This document shows positions 42,368 through 56,079 of a DNA stretch of 64,000 nt, in pieces. The DNA is taken from assembly GCF_963921235.1 (NCBI RefSeq), contig NC_086097.1:15376001-15440000 (forward strand), written 5' to 3'. The notes under the pieces were generated by a model. It did no database searches. It had not been told where the DNA came from and worked only from the letters and a program-made list of their open reading frames with translations. Each line of letters opens with the position of its first letter. The first letter of the stretch is position 1. The DNA comes from Mobula hypostoma (taxonomy: Eukaryota). The position numbers and the translations under genes are program-made.

Positions 42368-42668
42368 CATGGTAGTGTAACAGTTTGTGCAACGATGTTA
42401 TAGCTCGGGGCGTACCAGAATTCAACATTCAATTCCAGCGTCGATTATAAGAAGTTTGTACATTCTCCTCAAGAATCATGTGGGTTTCCTCTGGGTGCTC
42501 TGGTTTGCTCCCACAGTCCAAAGACGTGCCAGTTAGTAGGCTAATGGGTCATTGTAAATTGTTCGGTAGTTAGGCTAGTTTAAAATAAGGGGGTTACTGG
42601 ACAGTGTGGCTCATTGGGCTGGAAGGGCCTGTTCTGCGTTGTATCTCGAAATAAGTAAATAAATAAAA
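42368..42668 (+). mobile_element. V-domain tRNA SINE
   Basis: Same core as 7074-7358; further copies at 46325-46605, 47005-47292 and 61585-61860. Confidence 0.75.
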
Positions 42669-42934
42669 CAGAGGTGCTGGTGTGTTTTCATGGGCATGAT
42701 GTCCATACGGTTGGATCAAAACAGGCTGTCGATGATGCTTACTCCTCAGAACTTGAAACACTCCACCATCTTGACCTCATCACCTTTGATGTAAGCAGGA
42801 GTGGTGCCCTGCTTCGTGAGGTCAATGGCCAGTGCTTTTTGTATGAATGTTATGAAAATTGGCTTTTTGCAGCAGCAGTACAGACTTGAGTCCTTCTGGT
42901 GGTCAGGGTCGACTAGCTGTCGAGATACACAAGC

Positions 42935-43450
42935 CAGGGCAGTACCATATGCAGAGCAAACTGTTGCCCCCTGTAGCAAGCTCTCCCTCTCCGAGCAGCT
43001 GGTGAACCCAAAGGAACAGCAGAGACTGATGCAGTTTGGCACCAGTGGCATCGCAAGAGTTGCCAATTAGTATTGAACTCAATGTAGGACTGCCTTCGGG
43101 ACTCCAGGTCCAGATTTTTCTTTGGTTTACTCTCGAAGCCGTGCCCATGAGTGGGTACAGCTGCGAGGCAGCAGAGCATTGAGATCAGAGTTTTCCTTCT
43201 CCTAGATGAGCTGCCAGCCACGGCTGACGGGCCCCATCTGCCCGAAGCAACTAGTTTTAATGCGCCAGTAACCCGTGTTTGCCCCCTCTCCTGTCGGTAG
43301 AAATGGTTTCACTGGGTTTAGTAGCTAAGCAACACGTGAAGGGCAGCAGCTGGACTTGGTTTCAAGGCTATTGAGATTCACACCATTAGGAGCATTTAAT
43401 AGGTAGTGGGAGCTTATCCCCATTACCACCCCTGGTTATAACAACCCTAA
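42935..43450 (-). mobile_element. Non-autonomous RTE-derived element
   Basis: RTE-like 5'UTR motif ttccttctcctagatgagctgcc in reverse orientation; no long ORF. Confidence 0.45.
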
Positions 43451-44002
43451 GGACAGTACATTACAAGCAGGACAACATAAATTACATACACTTAAAATAA
43501 CATTGGTCTATGTCATCATTATCTCACAGTCACATTAATGCTGTTTGTTATATCAAACCAGGTCTTTAAAAAATAGATCTTTCTTAACTGATTGTTTCTT
43601 GTCTCTACAGTACAGTATGAATAGCACAGTACAGGCCCTTCGGCCCATAATGTTGTGCCAACCCTTAAACCCTGCCTCCCATATAACCCCCCACCCTAAA
43701 ATTCCTACATATACCTGTCTAGTAGTCTCTACCACTGACTCTGTGGTCACTTTCTCAGTTGGGAATGATACGCAGTATTGCATGTGGAAAGAAATGGAAT
43801 AATTCTATTACTTAGCTCACCTGATAACACCTTAGATCCACCGAAACACTTCTATTTTGTTTCTTGGATTTACTGTGTAGACTCACCCGGGAGGAAACAA
43901 ATCTCAGGGTTGTATGTGGCGACATATATGCACTTTGATAATAAATTACTTTGAACTTTAACTCAGAATCAGAATCAGGTTTAATATCACTGTCATAGTT
44001 CA

Positions 44003-44310
44003 CGTGTGGGCATGTGGCCAAGTGGTTAAGGCATTCAACTAGCGACCTGAAGGTCGTGAGTTCGAGCCCCAGCTGAGGCAGCATGTTGTGCCCTTGAGCA
44101 AGACACTTAATCACACATTGCTCTGCGACGACACTGGTGCCAAGCTGTATGGGTCTTAATGCCCTTCTCTTGGACAACATTGGTGTCGTGGAGAGGGGAG
44201 ACTTGCAGCATGGGCAACTGCTGGTCTTCCATACAACCTTGCCCAGGCCTGTGCCCTGGAGACTTTCCAGGCGCAGATCCATGGTCCCGCAAGACTCACG
44301 GATGCCTTAA
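44003..44310 (+). mobile_element. tRNA-derived SINE with an RTE-like tail
   Basis: A box tggccaagtgg, B box gttcgagcc, body tgtgcccttgagcaagacactt. Confidence 0.75.
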
Positions 44311-44392
44311 GATCATGAAATTTGTTGCTTTGTGGCAGCAGTACTGTGCAATATATAATAAAAACACTATAAATTACAATAAGATATATATA

Positions 44393-44642
44393 GAGGACCA
44401 CAACCTTGTTGTAGGGTTTGCCTCTTGGTAGGGTCACCCATGCCAAACAGGTTAAAGGGTAGAGGTCAGACCAAGAGTGGTCCACTAGTCCTCCAGGTTC
44501 GGGGTTCAGCTCAAGGCTAGCAGCCATGACTGGTCAAATGAAGAATACTTCTGCATCTGTGTGCAATGATATGTGCAAACAGAGATTGAGGACCTTCATT
44601 GCTGCCCTAAATGACAGCGGCATAATGGGCAGAAATGTAAGT
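44393..44642 (+). mobile_element. Bipartite RTE-derived short element
   Basis: RTE-like 5' part (ggtagggtcacccatgccaaacaggt) fused to a 3' end (tgctgccctaaatgacagcggcataatggg). Confidence 0.5.
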
Positions 44643-47600
44643 ATATAAAATTAAATTAAATACATTGTGCAAAAAGAGAGGGAAAAAGTAGTGAGATAGT
44701 GTAAATAGGTTCATTATCCATTCAGAAATCTGATGACAGTGGGGAAGGAACTGCTCCTGAAATGCAGAATATGAGTCATTCTTCCTTGATGGTAATATTC
44801 GGAAGAGGACATGTCCTCTTTACATGATGTTTACTTAATGTGGACACCTCAGCACATCTGTGGATGTAAACTTCCCACTATTCAGGACATGTACAGCAAC
44901 AGGTGTGTAAAAAGGGCCTGAAGGATCATTGGGGACCTGAGTCGCCAACCACAAACTGTTCCAGCTGCTACCATCTGGGAAATGGTACCGCACCATAAAA
45001 ACCAGGACCAACAGGCTCCGGGACAGCTTCTTCCACCAGGCCATCAGACTGATTAATTCACACTGACACAATTGTATTTCTAAAGGTATATTGACTGTTC
45101 AGTTGTATATCTTACTGTACATACTATTTATTACAAATTACTATAAGTTGCACATTCAGACGGGGACGTAACGTAAAGACATTTGCTCCTCACGTATGTG
45201 AAGGATGTAAGAAATAAAGTCAGTTCAATTCACTTCAAATATTCAATGGGTGTCAATGAGCATCAGTGAGAGAGGTGGGAGAGAATGAAAGAGTGAGTCT
45301 TGGCAAAGGAGAGATACAGCATGGAATATCTCTTTCTGACTCATGGATGATTGCACGTGTGTATGAGTCAGAGAGATCGCATGGGCTGGGCTCGTTTTCC
45401 TTGGAGTGAAGGAGGCTGATAGGTAACCTGTTAGAATTCACTTTAATCTACCTGTTGAGCTCTCAATGAATCTTATATGATTCAACAATATTATTTCTCA
45501 ATGATAAAAAACAAACGCCTGGTCTGCTCAATCTCTGCTCCTACAACACACCAACTGTCCTACGAAGCAGTCTGGTAAATCTTTGCTATCCTCCTTTAAT
45601 AACAAAGATTCCTTTTTACCACAAGGGTTCCAAAATAATACACAATATTGTCACACCAAGCGATAAAGAAATCCTCCAGAGAAGAGAATTTTAAACATCT
45701 TCCACTCTGAGTAAAGATATTTCTCTTCAATCTATTCCTAAATGGCCTACCCTTATTTTGTAATTGTAAACCCCATTTCCAGCCTCCACAGCCAAGGGAA
45801 CATCCTTCACATATCTAACAGCTGAGCTCGATAGTCTTGTGCTGGGCTTTTGCAGTAAAGATTATGTATGTGAAAGAAACTTAAAGGGAGAACACCTAAT
45901 TGGAAGGTTAATCAGCCACTGTAAATTGTGCCTAGTGTGGAGGGAAGGGGAATACCTGGGAGACTCGATGGGAATGTGGAGAGAATACAACTGGATTAGT
46001 ATAGGATTATTACACACAAAATGCTGGAGCAACACAGCAGGTCAGGCAGCATCTATGGAAAGGAAGAAAGAGTCGATGCTTCTGGCCAAGACCCTTCATC
46101 AGGAATGGAAAAGAAGGGGGAAGAAGCCAGAAATATTACAGGATCATAGTAGTTCTAGTATATAATTAGTGTGAATGGATGCTTAATGGTTGGCATGGAT
46201 ATTGTAAACTCTCAAGCCTGTTTCCATGTTCTGTATGGGAGTGTGAAGGAGAAAAATGTTGTGAATATGTGGCATACCATCATACTTTAAAAAGTGAAAC
46301 AAAGGAAATGGGAAAACTAAAACATGGGGCAGCACGGTAGCACTTTACAGTACAAGTGACCAGTGTTCAATTCCTGCCACTGTCTGTAAGGAGTTCGTAC
46401 TTTCTCCCTGTTACCATGTGGGTTTCCTGATCCTCCGTGTGCTCCGGTTTCCTCCCACAGTCCAAAGTCATGCAGGTTGGTAGGTTAGTTGGTCATTGTA
46501 AACTGTCCCATGATTGGGCTAAGATTATTTTGGGGGATTGCTGGGTGCTGTGACTCAAAGGGCCAGAGGGCCTATTCTGTGTCGTAGCCCAATAAATAAA
46601 TAAATATTGGAATGAGTCACCAAAGCATAAACACAAGAGATTCTGCACACAGAGTGCTGGAGGAACTCACAGGTCTGACAGCATATATGGAGAGAAATAA
46701 ATAGTCAGTGTTTCGGGTGAGACCAAAAGAAGGCCTCATTAGATCCGTTTATTCCTCTCCATGGATACTATCTAACCTGCTACGTTCCTCCAGCACTTTG
46801 TGAGTGTTATCTGAGCACATCAAAGCTTCATCTGTACAGACAATTTAGTCTGCAGTGATGTTCATCATTTCTGCAATTCATTTGATCTAATTATGATATT
46901 TCAAGCTAAGCAGTAGTTTATAGGCCTCAGTGGATTTAATTTAATCTTTAACAGCAAGGTGAAGATAAGTGGATTTTTAAACCTTTAATATTATCACATG
47001 AAAGTAAAGTAGCGGTTCGGGCAACATTATTACAGCTCATGGCATCAGCGTTCAGTGTTCAATTGCAGCATCCCCTGTCAACAAGTTTGTATGTAACTTC
47101 CCATGTGTGCGTAGGTTTCCTCCAGGTGCTCTGGTTTCCTCCCACGGTCCAAAGACGTACTAGTTAGTAGGTTAATCGGTCATTGTAAGTTGTTCTGTGA
47201 TTAGGCTGGGGTTAAATTGGAGGTTGCTTGGTAGCACCACTCAGTAGACTGGGAGGGCCTGTTCCATGCTGTATCTCTAAATGAATAAATAAACACAAAC
47301 CCAGGGCTCAAGTAACAGCTTCAAATTAGCCCCAAAACCAATGACTCTGTTTCGTTTTTGTACCCCACGTCCTCATCTCCAAAACTTCGATTTTGCACAT
47401 GGCCTTTGTGACTGGACGTTTCCCAAGCAGCCTTTCAAAATTTGCCAGAAGGTCTTTGCTATTGTTGTTGTTAGGTTCCACATCAGTCACAGACGAAAGT
47501 ACTGGGCAGCTAAACAATCCCAGAATGTTGCAACGAGAAAGCGAAAAACCTGCAGATGCCAGACATCCCACCTCTCCCAGAAGTTCCGGGAGTCTCCCGC

Positions 47601-47710
47601 ATATTAATAGCAGCTCCCTGACACCCGCAAATTATATACAATATCCCAGAAATGATAGGGAGAGGGAGGGCGGGAGCAAAATTGAGAGCGGGAGGAAGAG
47701 CGAGCATCCT

Positions 47711-47888
47711 ACATCAAAGTTGCTGGTGAACGCAGCAGGCCAGGCAGCATCTCTAGGAAGAGGTACAGTCAACTCGGCCCGAAACGTCGACTGTACCTCT
47801 TCCTAGAGATGCTGCCTGGCCTGCTGCGTTCACCTGCAACTTTGATGTGTGTTGCTTGAATTTCCAGCATCTGCGGAATTCCTGTTGT
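47711..47888. mobile_element. Fold-back Penelope mini-insertion with a 14-bp TSD
   Basis: About 63-bp near-perfect inverted arms; TSD agagcgagcatcct at 47697-47710 and 47889-47902. Confidence 0.85.
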
Positions 47889-48654
47889 AGAGCGAGCATC
47901 CTGATTGGTCTCTCTTTGTGCTAAGTAGACCTATCAGTTTTCTCTGTGGGCAGGCTTTACAGTCAACCTCTGTCTCTCCATCAGTTCAGTTTCGTGTCCT
48001 GCACCACCATGGCAGAGTGCTTCAAAAAAAGAAAATATAAAACGCACTTCACCCTGGACTACACTAAATTGTACCCCTGCCTAGTAGGGGTCAAAATAAT
48101 GTCAGTGTTGCTCGCTGCGCTGTTTGCAACAGTGACTTTTCTATTGCCCGTGGTGGGTTAGGACTGTAAAAGACATGTTGAGGTGAGTTTAACAGGTGTC
48201 ACTACAGCATAGTTAACGTTATTTAAACTAGCTGGCTAGCTGCTAAGGAGCTACTCTATTGATGTCCTACATGATGAGGCCAATCTCCCTGTAGACGTGC
48301 TTAAAGTTGTAATAGAATTAAAAAAATGACCCCATGATAATATATAAGTACATACTGTATTTTAATGACACATTTTCTGCATATACCCAGTTTACAGATT
48401 ACAGATTGGTTTACAGATTAGACAAAATCACTAAACAAAGTATTACATAAGACAATATAATAAGGATACACCTTATGCTTTTTTTTCTTTTAGGGACCAC
48501 AACATATTAGGGAGGCTATTCGCAGGGAAGGCTGCTCAAGTATTTCACAGTTCTTTTCAGCAGAGCCACATCACGGTACAAGGAAAGTTTGCAAAAGAAA
48601 TAGAAAAGTTATTTGCATTAGCATTGAGATTGCCAACAAAATACTCAACAAGGA

Positions 48655-48663
<9 letters not shown>

Positions 48664-48697
<34 letters not shown>

Positions 48698-48704
48698 TGT
48701 GTGT

Positions 48705-48755
<51 letters not shown>

Positions 48756-48762
48756 TGTGTGT
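48664..48762. repeat. (GT)n microsatellite
   Basis: Direct observation. Confidence 0.95.
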
Positions 48763-49774
48763 ATATATAAATAGTTTCAATATGTGTCAAATAAATTGTT
48801 GTGTTCTTTCATAATCAAATGTCCCATATACATGCGCCCTTGGAGGTTGACCGGGCGGGGGAATATGGGGTTGCGGGGGGCGGGGGTGCTACCTCCCTGA
48901 AATGGTGGTGAATCTCCCTGAAATGAGTTTTTGCAGGGTGGGATGTCTGAGATGCAGCAAATGTAAAATAAGGATGGGAGATGCTGGAGACATTCAACAG
49001 GTCGGACGGCAACTGTGGAACAGTTATTTCCTATTATTACTGAAATATGTTGGATTAGACCGTATAATTGTTATTTTCCTAATCCTGCTTGTATTTTATC
49101 TATGTAATTACCTACGTGCATGTAATTGTTTGATGTGCTCTCTGGTTACAGTTCTTTATATTATTCTGGGAGCTTCTCGGGTATTGCATTATTTGATTGG
49201 TTAGCTCATATCTACAAATTTAAATGGAATGTTTGCTCTCTATGGTATAAGAAGAGCTGAGTATGTTGGCTCACCATTTTTTCTTTCCTTTCTTCTCTCC
49301 TTCTCTTTGTTCTCTCCTGCCATCACTACTAGGCTCTTCCTTTCCGATCTCTTTGTTCTCTTAGTGATTAATGAAATGATTGTGAAGCAAAAGCTTTATG
49401 TCTCATTCTTGACTTCCGAAAGAATCTCAGATGTAAAACATCAGAATCTAACAAGTGTTAACTTCGTTCCTTTCAACACTAATGCTGCCTGACCTGTTGA
49501 GACCATAAAACCAGAAGATATTACAGAAGAATTAGGCCATTCTGCCCATCAAGTCGTCTCCACCATTCAATCATGGCTGATTTTCTTCCTCTCAACCCCA
49601 TGGTTCCACCTTCTCCATGTAACCCTCTTACCAATCAGTAACCTATAAGAATGAGGACAGGTGTGTGTGTGTGTTCTCCTGACATCCCCTTCCTGAAGTT
49701 CACAATCCATTTCTTGGTTTTGCTGACACTGGGTGCAAGATTGTTGTCGCGACATCACTCAACCATGCGATCTA

Positions 49775-52700
49775 TCTTAGAATCACTGGCCTATGCCATG
49801 AAATTTGTTGTTTTGCAGCAGCAGTCTATTGCAATACATAATAATAAAAGAATATAAATCACAATAAGTATATATAGGAAATTAAATAAGTAGTGCAAAA
49901 AGAAAGCAAAAAAAAATTGTGAGGTAGTGTTCATGGGTGAAGGAGAAGCTGTTCCTAAAATGCTGCATGTGTGTTTTCAGTCTCCTGTACCTCATCCTGA
50001 TGGTAGCAATGAGAAGAAGGCATGTCCTTAGTGATGTGGTTCCTTAGTGCTGGATGCTGTCTTTTTGAGGCATCACCTTTTGCTGGCATCTTCGATGCTG
50101 GGGGAGGCTAGTGTCCATGATGGAACTTTCTGCAGCTTTTTTCAATCCTGTGCAGTGGCCCCTCCATACCAGTTAGAATGCTCTCTATGGTACGTCCATA
50201 GAAATTTGTGAGTCTTTGGTGAAGTACCAAGTCTTCTCAAACTCCTAATGAAATATAGCTGCTGTTGTGCCCTTTTTGTAATTGCATCAATATGTTGGGC
50301 CCAGAATAGATTTTCAGAGATGTTGGCATCCAGGAACTTGAGGCTGCTCACCCTTTCCACTGCAAATCCCTCACGGATTGGTGTGTGTGCCCTTGACTTC
50401 CTCTTCCTGAAGTCCAAAAATCAATTGCTCTTATTAGTGTTGAGTACAAGGTTGTTGTTGCAACTTCATTCAACCAGCTGAGCTATGTCGCCCCTGTACG
50501 TCTCCTGGTCACCATCTGAAATCCTGCCAAGAATAATTGTGTCGTTGGTAAATTTATAGATGGCGTTTGAGCTGTGCCTGTCCCCACAGTCATGTGTGTA
50601 GAGAGGGTAGAGCAGAGCAGTGGGGCATCCCTGAGGTGTGCCAGTGTTGGAGGAGATGTTACTTTTGATTTGCACTGACTGTGGCCTCCTAGCAAGGAAA
50701 TCAAAGATCCAGTAGCAGAGGGAGGTACAGAGTTCCAGGTTTTGGAGCTTGTTGATTAAAGCTGAGGGTATGATTGTGTTGAACGCTGAGCTGTAATCAA
50801 TAAACAGGACATGAAATGGGTGTTACTATTGTCCAGATGATCCAAGGCTAAGTGAGATGACATCCACTGGAGACCTATTGTGGTGACAGGCAAATTGCAA
50901 TGGCTCAGGGACTTGCTGAGGCAGGAGCTGATTCAGGTCATGACCAACCTCTTAAAGCACCTCAGCATAGAAGAAGACTGCACAATGCTCTGCACCATTT
51001 GTGACTCCACAAAGAGTGAAGCAGTTTATACCCAAATGCCACAGGACTCGGACAATATCTAGGCTCGGGCTGACAAGTGGCAAGTAACATTTGAGCCATG
51101 AAAGTGCCAAGCAATGACCATCTCCAACACGAGAGGCTCTAACCATCGTCCCTTGACATTCAGTGGCATCACTATCACTGAATCGTCTACTATCAACATC
51201 CTGGGGGGGTTACCATTGACAGAAAACTGAGCTGGTCAAGCCATAGAAACACCATGGCTACCAGGGCAGGTCAATGGCTAGGAATCCTGTGGGAGGTAAC
51301 TCATCTCCTGACTCCCCAAAGCCTGTCCACCATCTGCAAGGCTCAGGTCAGGAGGGTAATGGAATGCTCACCACTCACCTGGATGAGTGCAGCTCCATCA
51401 ACACTCAGGAAGCTCGACACCATCCAATACAAGACAGCCCACTTGATTAGTACCCCTTCCACAAGCATCCAACCCCTCCACCATTGACAAACAGTTGCAG
51501 CAGTGTGTACTATCAACAAGATGCACTGCAACAACGCACCGAAGTTCCTAACGCAGCACCTTCCAGACCCACAACCACTACCATCTAGAAGAACGAGAAC
51601 AGCAGATACTTGGAAACACCAACACTTGGAAATCCCCCTGCAAGTCACTCACCAAACTGACTTGGAAAGATGTCACTGTTCCTTCATTGTCTTTGGGTCA
51701 AAATCATGGAATTCCATCCCTAACAGCACTGTGGGTATACGTACACCTCAGGATCTGCAGCGGTTCAAGAAGGCAGCCGATCACCACCTTCTCAAGGGCC
51801 ACTAGGGATGGGCAATAAATGCTGGCTTAGCTGGAGATGCCCACATCCCGTAAATTAATTTAAAAAGTGCCATTGGACGATAGTCATTGAGGCAGCTCAC
51901 CCTGCTCTTCTTGGGCACTGGTATGATCGTCACCCTTTTGAATCAGGTGGGAACCTCTGAATGCAGCAGTGTGAGATTGCAGATGTCCTTGATCACTCCC
52001 ACCAGTTGGTTGGCACAAGTTTTCAGTGCTCTGCCAGGTACACGATCAGGACCTGTCGCTTTGCGATGACTCACACTCTTGAAAGATGTTCTGATGTCAC
52101 TCTTTGAGACAGAGATCACAGGGTCACCAGATGCTGCAGGGATTCACACAGATATAGTTCTATTCTTCCTTTCAAAGTATGCATAAAAGGCGTTGACCTT
52201 ATCTGAGAGTGAAGCATCACAGACATTCATCATGTTAGGTTTTGCTTTGTAGAAAGTAATGGCCTGCAAACCCTGCCACAAATGACGTGCATTTGATTCT
52301 GTCTCTAACTTAATTCATAATTGCTTTTTTCACACATAAAATAGTCTTCCATAGGTTGCACCTAGACTTCTTGTTTAGTTCTAGATCACCAGTCTTCAAT
52401 ACCACAGATCTAGCACTCAGCAAACCATGAATCTCCTGGTTCATCCATGGTTTTTGGTTGGATACGTCTGGTATGTTCTCAAAGGCACAGAGCCATCCAC
52501 ACAGGTCTTGATGAAGTTGCTGACAACTGTGCCATATTCGTTCAGATTCGAATATTGTCCATGTCCACTGACTCAAAACAGTCTTGTACATGCTCCTTCA
52601 CCTCCCGTGACCATTCCTTCTTGGTCCTCACCATTGGTGTTGCAGACTGAAGTCTCTGCCTATACGCCAGGACTAGAAGTACAGTCAGGTGATCGGACTT

Positions 52701-53300
52701 GCCAAAGTGTGATTCAAAGTGGGATGGCATGGTAAACGTCCTTAATAGTGGTTAACAGTGGTCAAGTGTGTTGGCTCCTTTGGTTCCATAGGTGATATGT
52801 TGGTGGTTGTTGTTCAAAGGCTTCTTCAAGCTGACCTGGTTGAAATCTCCCACAATGATAGGGAAGGAATCCAGGTGCACTGTTTTGTGACTTCTGATCA
52901 TGGTGTTCAGCTCCTCCAGTGCCGGCCTGATGTTGGCCTGAGGTGGATAGTACACCACTACCAGAGTGATAGTGGAAAACGCCCTTGCAGATAAAATGGA
53001 TGCTATTTGACCACTAGATGTTCTAGGTCAGATGAGCAGTTTGAGACAGAGCCCCCACGCCTGTGCACCAAGATGAGTTAATCATAAAGCAGACTCCACC
53101 TCTACTACCTTAAAAGACTGAACTCCTGCCTTTGTGGAGAATAGTGAAGCCAGTGGGCTGTAGCTCTGTGTCTGAAATGGCAGGTAATAGCCATGTTTCC
53201 ATGAAGCAAAGTACACAGCAGTCCCTGATGCCCTCTGGTACTACAATCTTGTTCTGAGGTCTTCAATTTTATTTTCCAGTGACTGTACATTCAGTAGTTG
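49775..53300 (-). mobile_element. Long degenerate Rex1/Babar LINE (APE endonuclease + RT), split by a CR1/L2-clade insertion
   Basis: APE motifs VYYPPQAN, IIVGDFN, TLDHC and HFGKSDH (52540-52960); NQKPWMN; RT motifs TGTPQGC and YTHDC..YKFTNDT; many frameshifts. Confidence 0.85.
50970..51866 (+). mobile_element. CR1/L2-clade LINE 3' fragment
   Basis: ADKWQVTFEP.KCQAMTIS, CKAQVRRVMECSPLTW, WNSIPNSTV..LQRFKKAADHHLLKG; AATAAA and an A-rich end. Confidence 0.75.
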
Positions 53301-53603
53301 GGAGTGTGGGGGGGGGGGGTCTAAGGCGTCTGCATTTCAACCATACGTGTAGATCGGTGCACCTTCCCCACTTCCATAGTCATAGTCATAGTCATACTTT
53401 ATTGATCCCGGGGGAAATTGGTTTTCGATACAGTAGCAACATAAATAATTAAATAGTAATAAAACCATAAATAATTAATAGTAATATGTAAATTATGCCA
53501 GAAAATTCCATTTTCTAAATTGGGAACTGCACATGTGACTCGAGTCTGCAATCTGCAGATATTTAGTATTGATAGGTCTTTTAAATGACTTAAAATGACA
53601 TGC

Positions 53604-54257
53604 TTTATACTTCATACTTTATACTTTATTGTCGCCAAACAATTGATACTAGAGCATACAATCATCACAACGATATTTGATTCTGCTCTTCGTGCTCCCC
53701 GGAGTACAAATGGATAGTAAATTTAAAAATTTAAATTATAAGTCATAAATAGAAAATAGAAAAGGGAAAGTAAGGTAGTGCAAAAAAACCGAGAGGCAGG
53801 TCCGGATAGTTGGAGGGTACGGCCCAGATCCGGGTCAGGATCTGTTCAGCAGTCTTATCACAGTTGGAAAGAAGCTGTTCCCAAATCTGGCCGTACGAGT
53901 CTTCAAGCTCCTGAGCCTTCTCCCGGAGGGAAGAGGGACAAAAAGTGTGTTGGCTGGGTGGGTCGTGTCCTTGATTATCCTGGCAGCACTGCTCCGACAG
54001 CGTACGGTGTAAAGTGAGTCCAGGGATGGAAGATTGGTTTGTGTGATGTGCTGGGCTGTGTTCACGATCTTCTGCAGCTTCTTCCGGTCTTGGACAGGAC
54101 AACTTCCATACCAGGTTGTGATGCACCCCAGAAGAATGCTTTCTGGAGTACCGATGGCTGTGACTGGATTTCAGCTGTAGTTGTCCTAAACGGGAATATT
54201 TGATGATTCCCATTGGAGCTGCACGCTAAGAGTCGCCACTTATCGCCGCCATCTTAA
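53604..54257 (-). mobile_element. Rex1/Babar internal-deletion derivative (5' end joined to 3' end)
   Basis: Minus strand starts AAGATGGCGGCG (about 54256) and joins near 54146 to the ORF2 C-terminus (IIKDTTHPANTLFVPLPSGRRLRS); tail (AAAGTAT)n. Confidence 0.6.
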
Positions 54258-54269
54258 TATCGCTTTGAT

Positions 54270-54910
54270 CCACCACCTTGTCATCACCTGAGATTCTGCC
54301 AAGAACTGTGAATTTATAGATGGTGATTGAGTCGTGCCTGGCCACACAGTCATGAGTGTAGAGAGGGCAGAACAGTGGGCTAAGCACATATCTAGAGGCG
54401 TATGTGTGTTGATCATCTGCAGGGAGGAGATGTTATTAGCCATTCATACTGACTCTAGTCTCCCGATAGGGAAGTCAGGGATCCACTTGCAGAATGAGGT
54501 ACAGAGGCCTACATACTGAAGCCTGTTGATTAGTGCTGATGGGATGATGGTGTTGAATACTGAGTTGAAATCAATAAACAGCAGCCTGACGTATGTATTA
54601 CTGTTGTCCACGTGCACCAAATCCTAGTGGAGGGCTACTGTCATTGTGTCCACTGTAAAGCTGTTGTGTTGGTTGGCAAACTGCAGTGGGTCCAGGTCTT
54701 TGCTCAGGCAGGAGTTAATTCTAGCCGTGACCAATTCTTGAAACACTTCAGCGGAACAGTAGATGTGATTGCTACTGAGCAATAGTCATCGAGGCCCTTC
54801 TTAGGCGCCGGTACAATTGCTGCCCTTTTGAGGCAGGTGGGAACTTGAAGCTACAGTAGTGAGAGGTTTAAGATGTCCTTGAATACTCCAGCCAGTTGTT
54901 TTGCACAGGT
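54270..54910 (-). mobile_element. Rex1/Babar RT fragment
   Basis: Reverse-strand [18 protein letters not shown] and THDCVARH motifs. Confidence 0.75.
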
Positions 54911-54997
54911 TTATTTTTATTCTCCCTTTGAAAGTTCACATTTATTATCACCATATACAACCATGAGATTAATTTTCTTGTGGGCATTCACAGTAGA

Positions 54998-55502
54998 TAC
55001 ACCTGTACACTGCAAATATCTAATCAGCCAATCATATCGCAGCAAGTCAATGCAAAAAAACATGCAGGCCTGATCAAGAGGTTCAGCTGTTGTTCAGACC
55101 AAATATCAGAATGGGGAAGAAATGTGATCTAAGTGACTTTGACTGTAGGATGACTGTTGGTGCCAGACAGCGTGGTTTGAGTATCTCAGAAACTGCTGAT
55201 CCCCTGGGATTTTCACATACAGCTATCTCTAGAATTTACAGAGAATGGTGCAGAAAATCTAAAAAGATCCAGTGAGCAGCAGTTCTGTAGCCAAAAATGT
55301 CTTGTTAATGAGAGAGGTCAGAGGAGAATAGCCAGACTGGTTCAAGCTGACAGGAAAGTGACAGTAACTGAAATAACCACCAGTTACAACAGAGGCATGC
55401 AGAAGAGCACTGAACCTTGAAACAGATGGGCTACTGCAGCAGAAGACCCTGAACATACACTCAGATTTAGGTACAGGAGGTTCCTAATAAAGTGACTACT
55501 GA
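54998..55502 (+). mobile_element. Tc1-like non-autonomous transposon with a transposase N-terminal HTH remnant
   Basis: MGKKCDLSDFDCRMTVGARQRGLSISETADPLGFSHTAISRIYREW; TIR-like end gttcctaataaagtgactactga. Confidence 0.75.
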
Positions 55503-56079
55503 CAGCTTTTCCCATAGCTTGAATTATATAACAGCCCCTTATGTGGCACTTCATTAAATACCATTTGGAAGCCTCAATACACGACAACCACACATACCTC
55601 TTTATTAACTTCCATGCCATATCCTTAAAGAACTTGAGTAAATTTCAATACCAGAGTTAAAGTAAATTTATTATCGAAGTATGTCTATATCACCATATAC
55701 TATCTCTAGATTTCATGTTCTTGTAGGCATTTACAGGAAAATAAAAACATACAATACATTTATGAAAAACAAACAAAACAAAGACCGACAAGCAACCAAT
55801 GTGCAAAAGAAGACAAATTGTGCAAGTAAGCAATATGGAGAAAATGAGTTGTCAAGTCCTTGAAAGTAAACCTGATGGTTGTAGAATCAGTTCATGTTTG
55901 AGGTCAGTGAAGTTATCCACGGTGATTTAGGAGTCTGACGGTTATAAAGTGATAACTGTTCATAAACCTGGTGGTGTGGGACCTAAGGCTCCTGTACCTC
56001 TTGCCCAATGGTAGGAGTGAGAAGAGTGAACAGCCTGGAACGTGTGGATCATTGATTATGGATGCTGCTTTCCAGGGAC

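Larger units (their letters stand above)
47560..48949 (-). mobile_element. MITE family A, long copy 3 (perfect 6-bp TSD AGATGC)
   Basis: agatgc|CAGACATCCCACC...GGTGGGATGTCTG|agatgc; contains a Penelope hairpin insertion and a (GT)n tract. Confidence 0.9.

Noticed and set aside
44003..44075. tRNA gene
   Set aside because: The A/B boxes continue into a SINE body and there is no complete acceptor stem; the same applies to the other SINE heads.
48557..48790. His/Thr-rich ORFs
   Set aside because: Translations of a (GT)n microsatellite.
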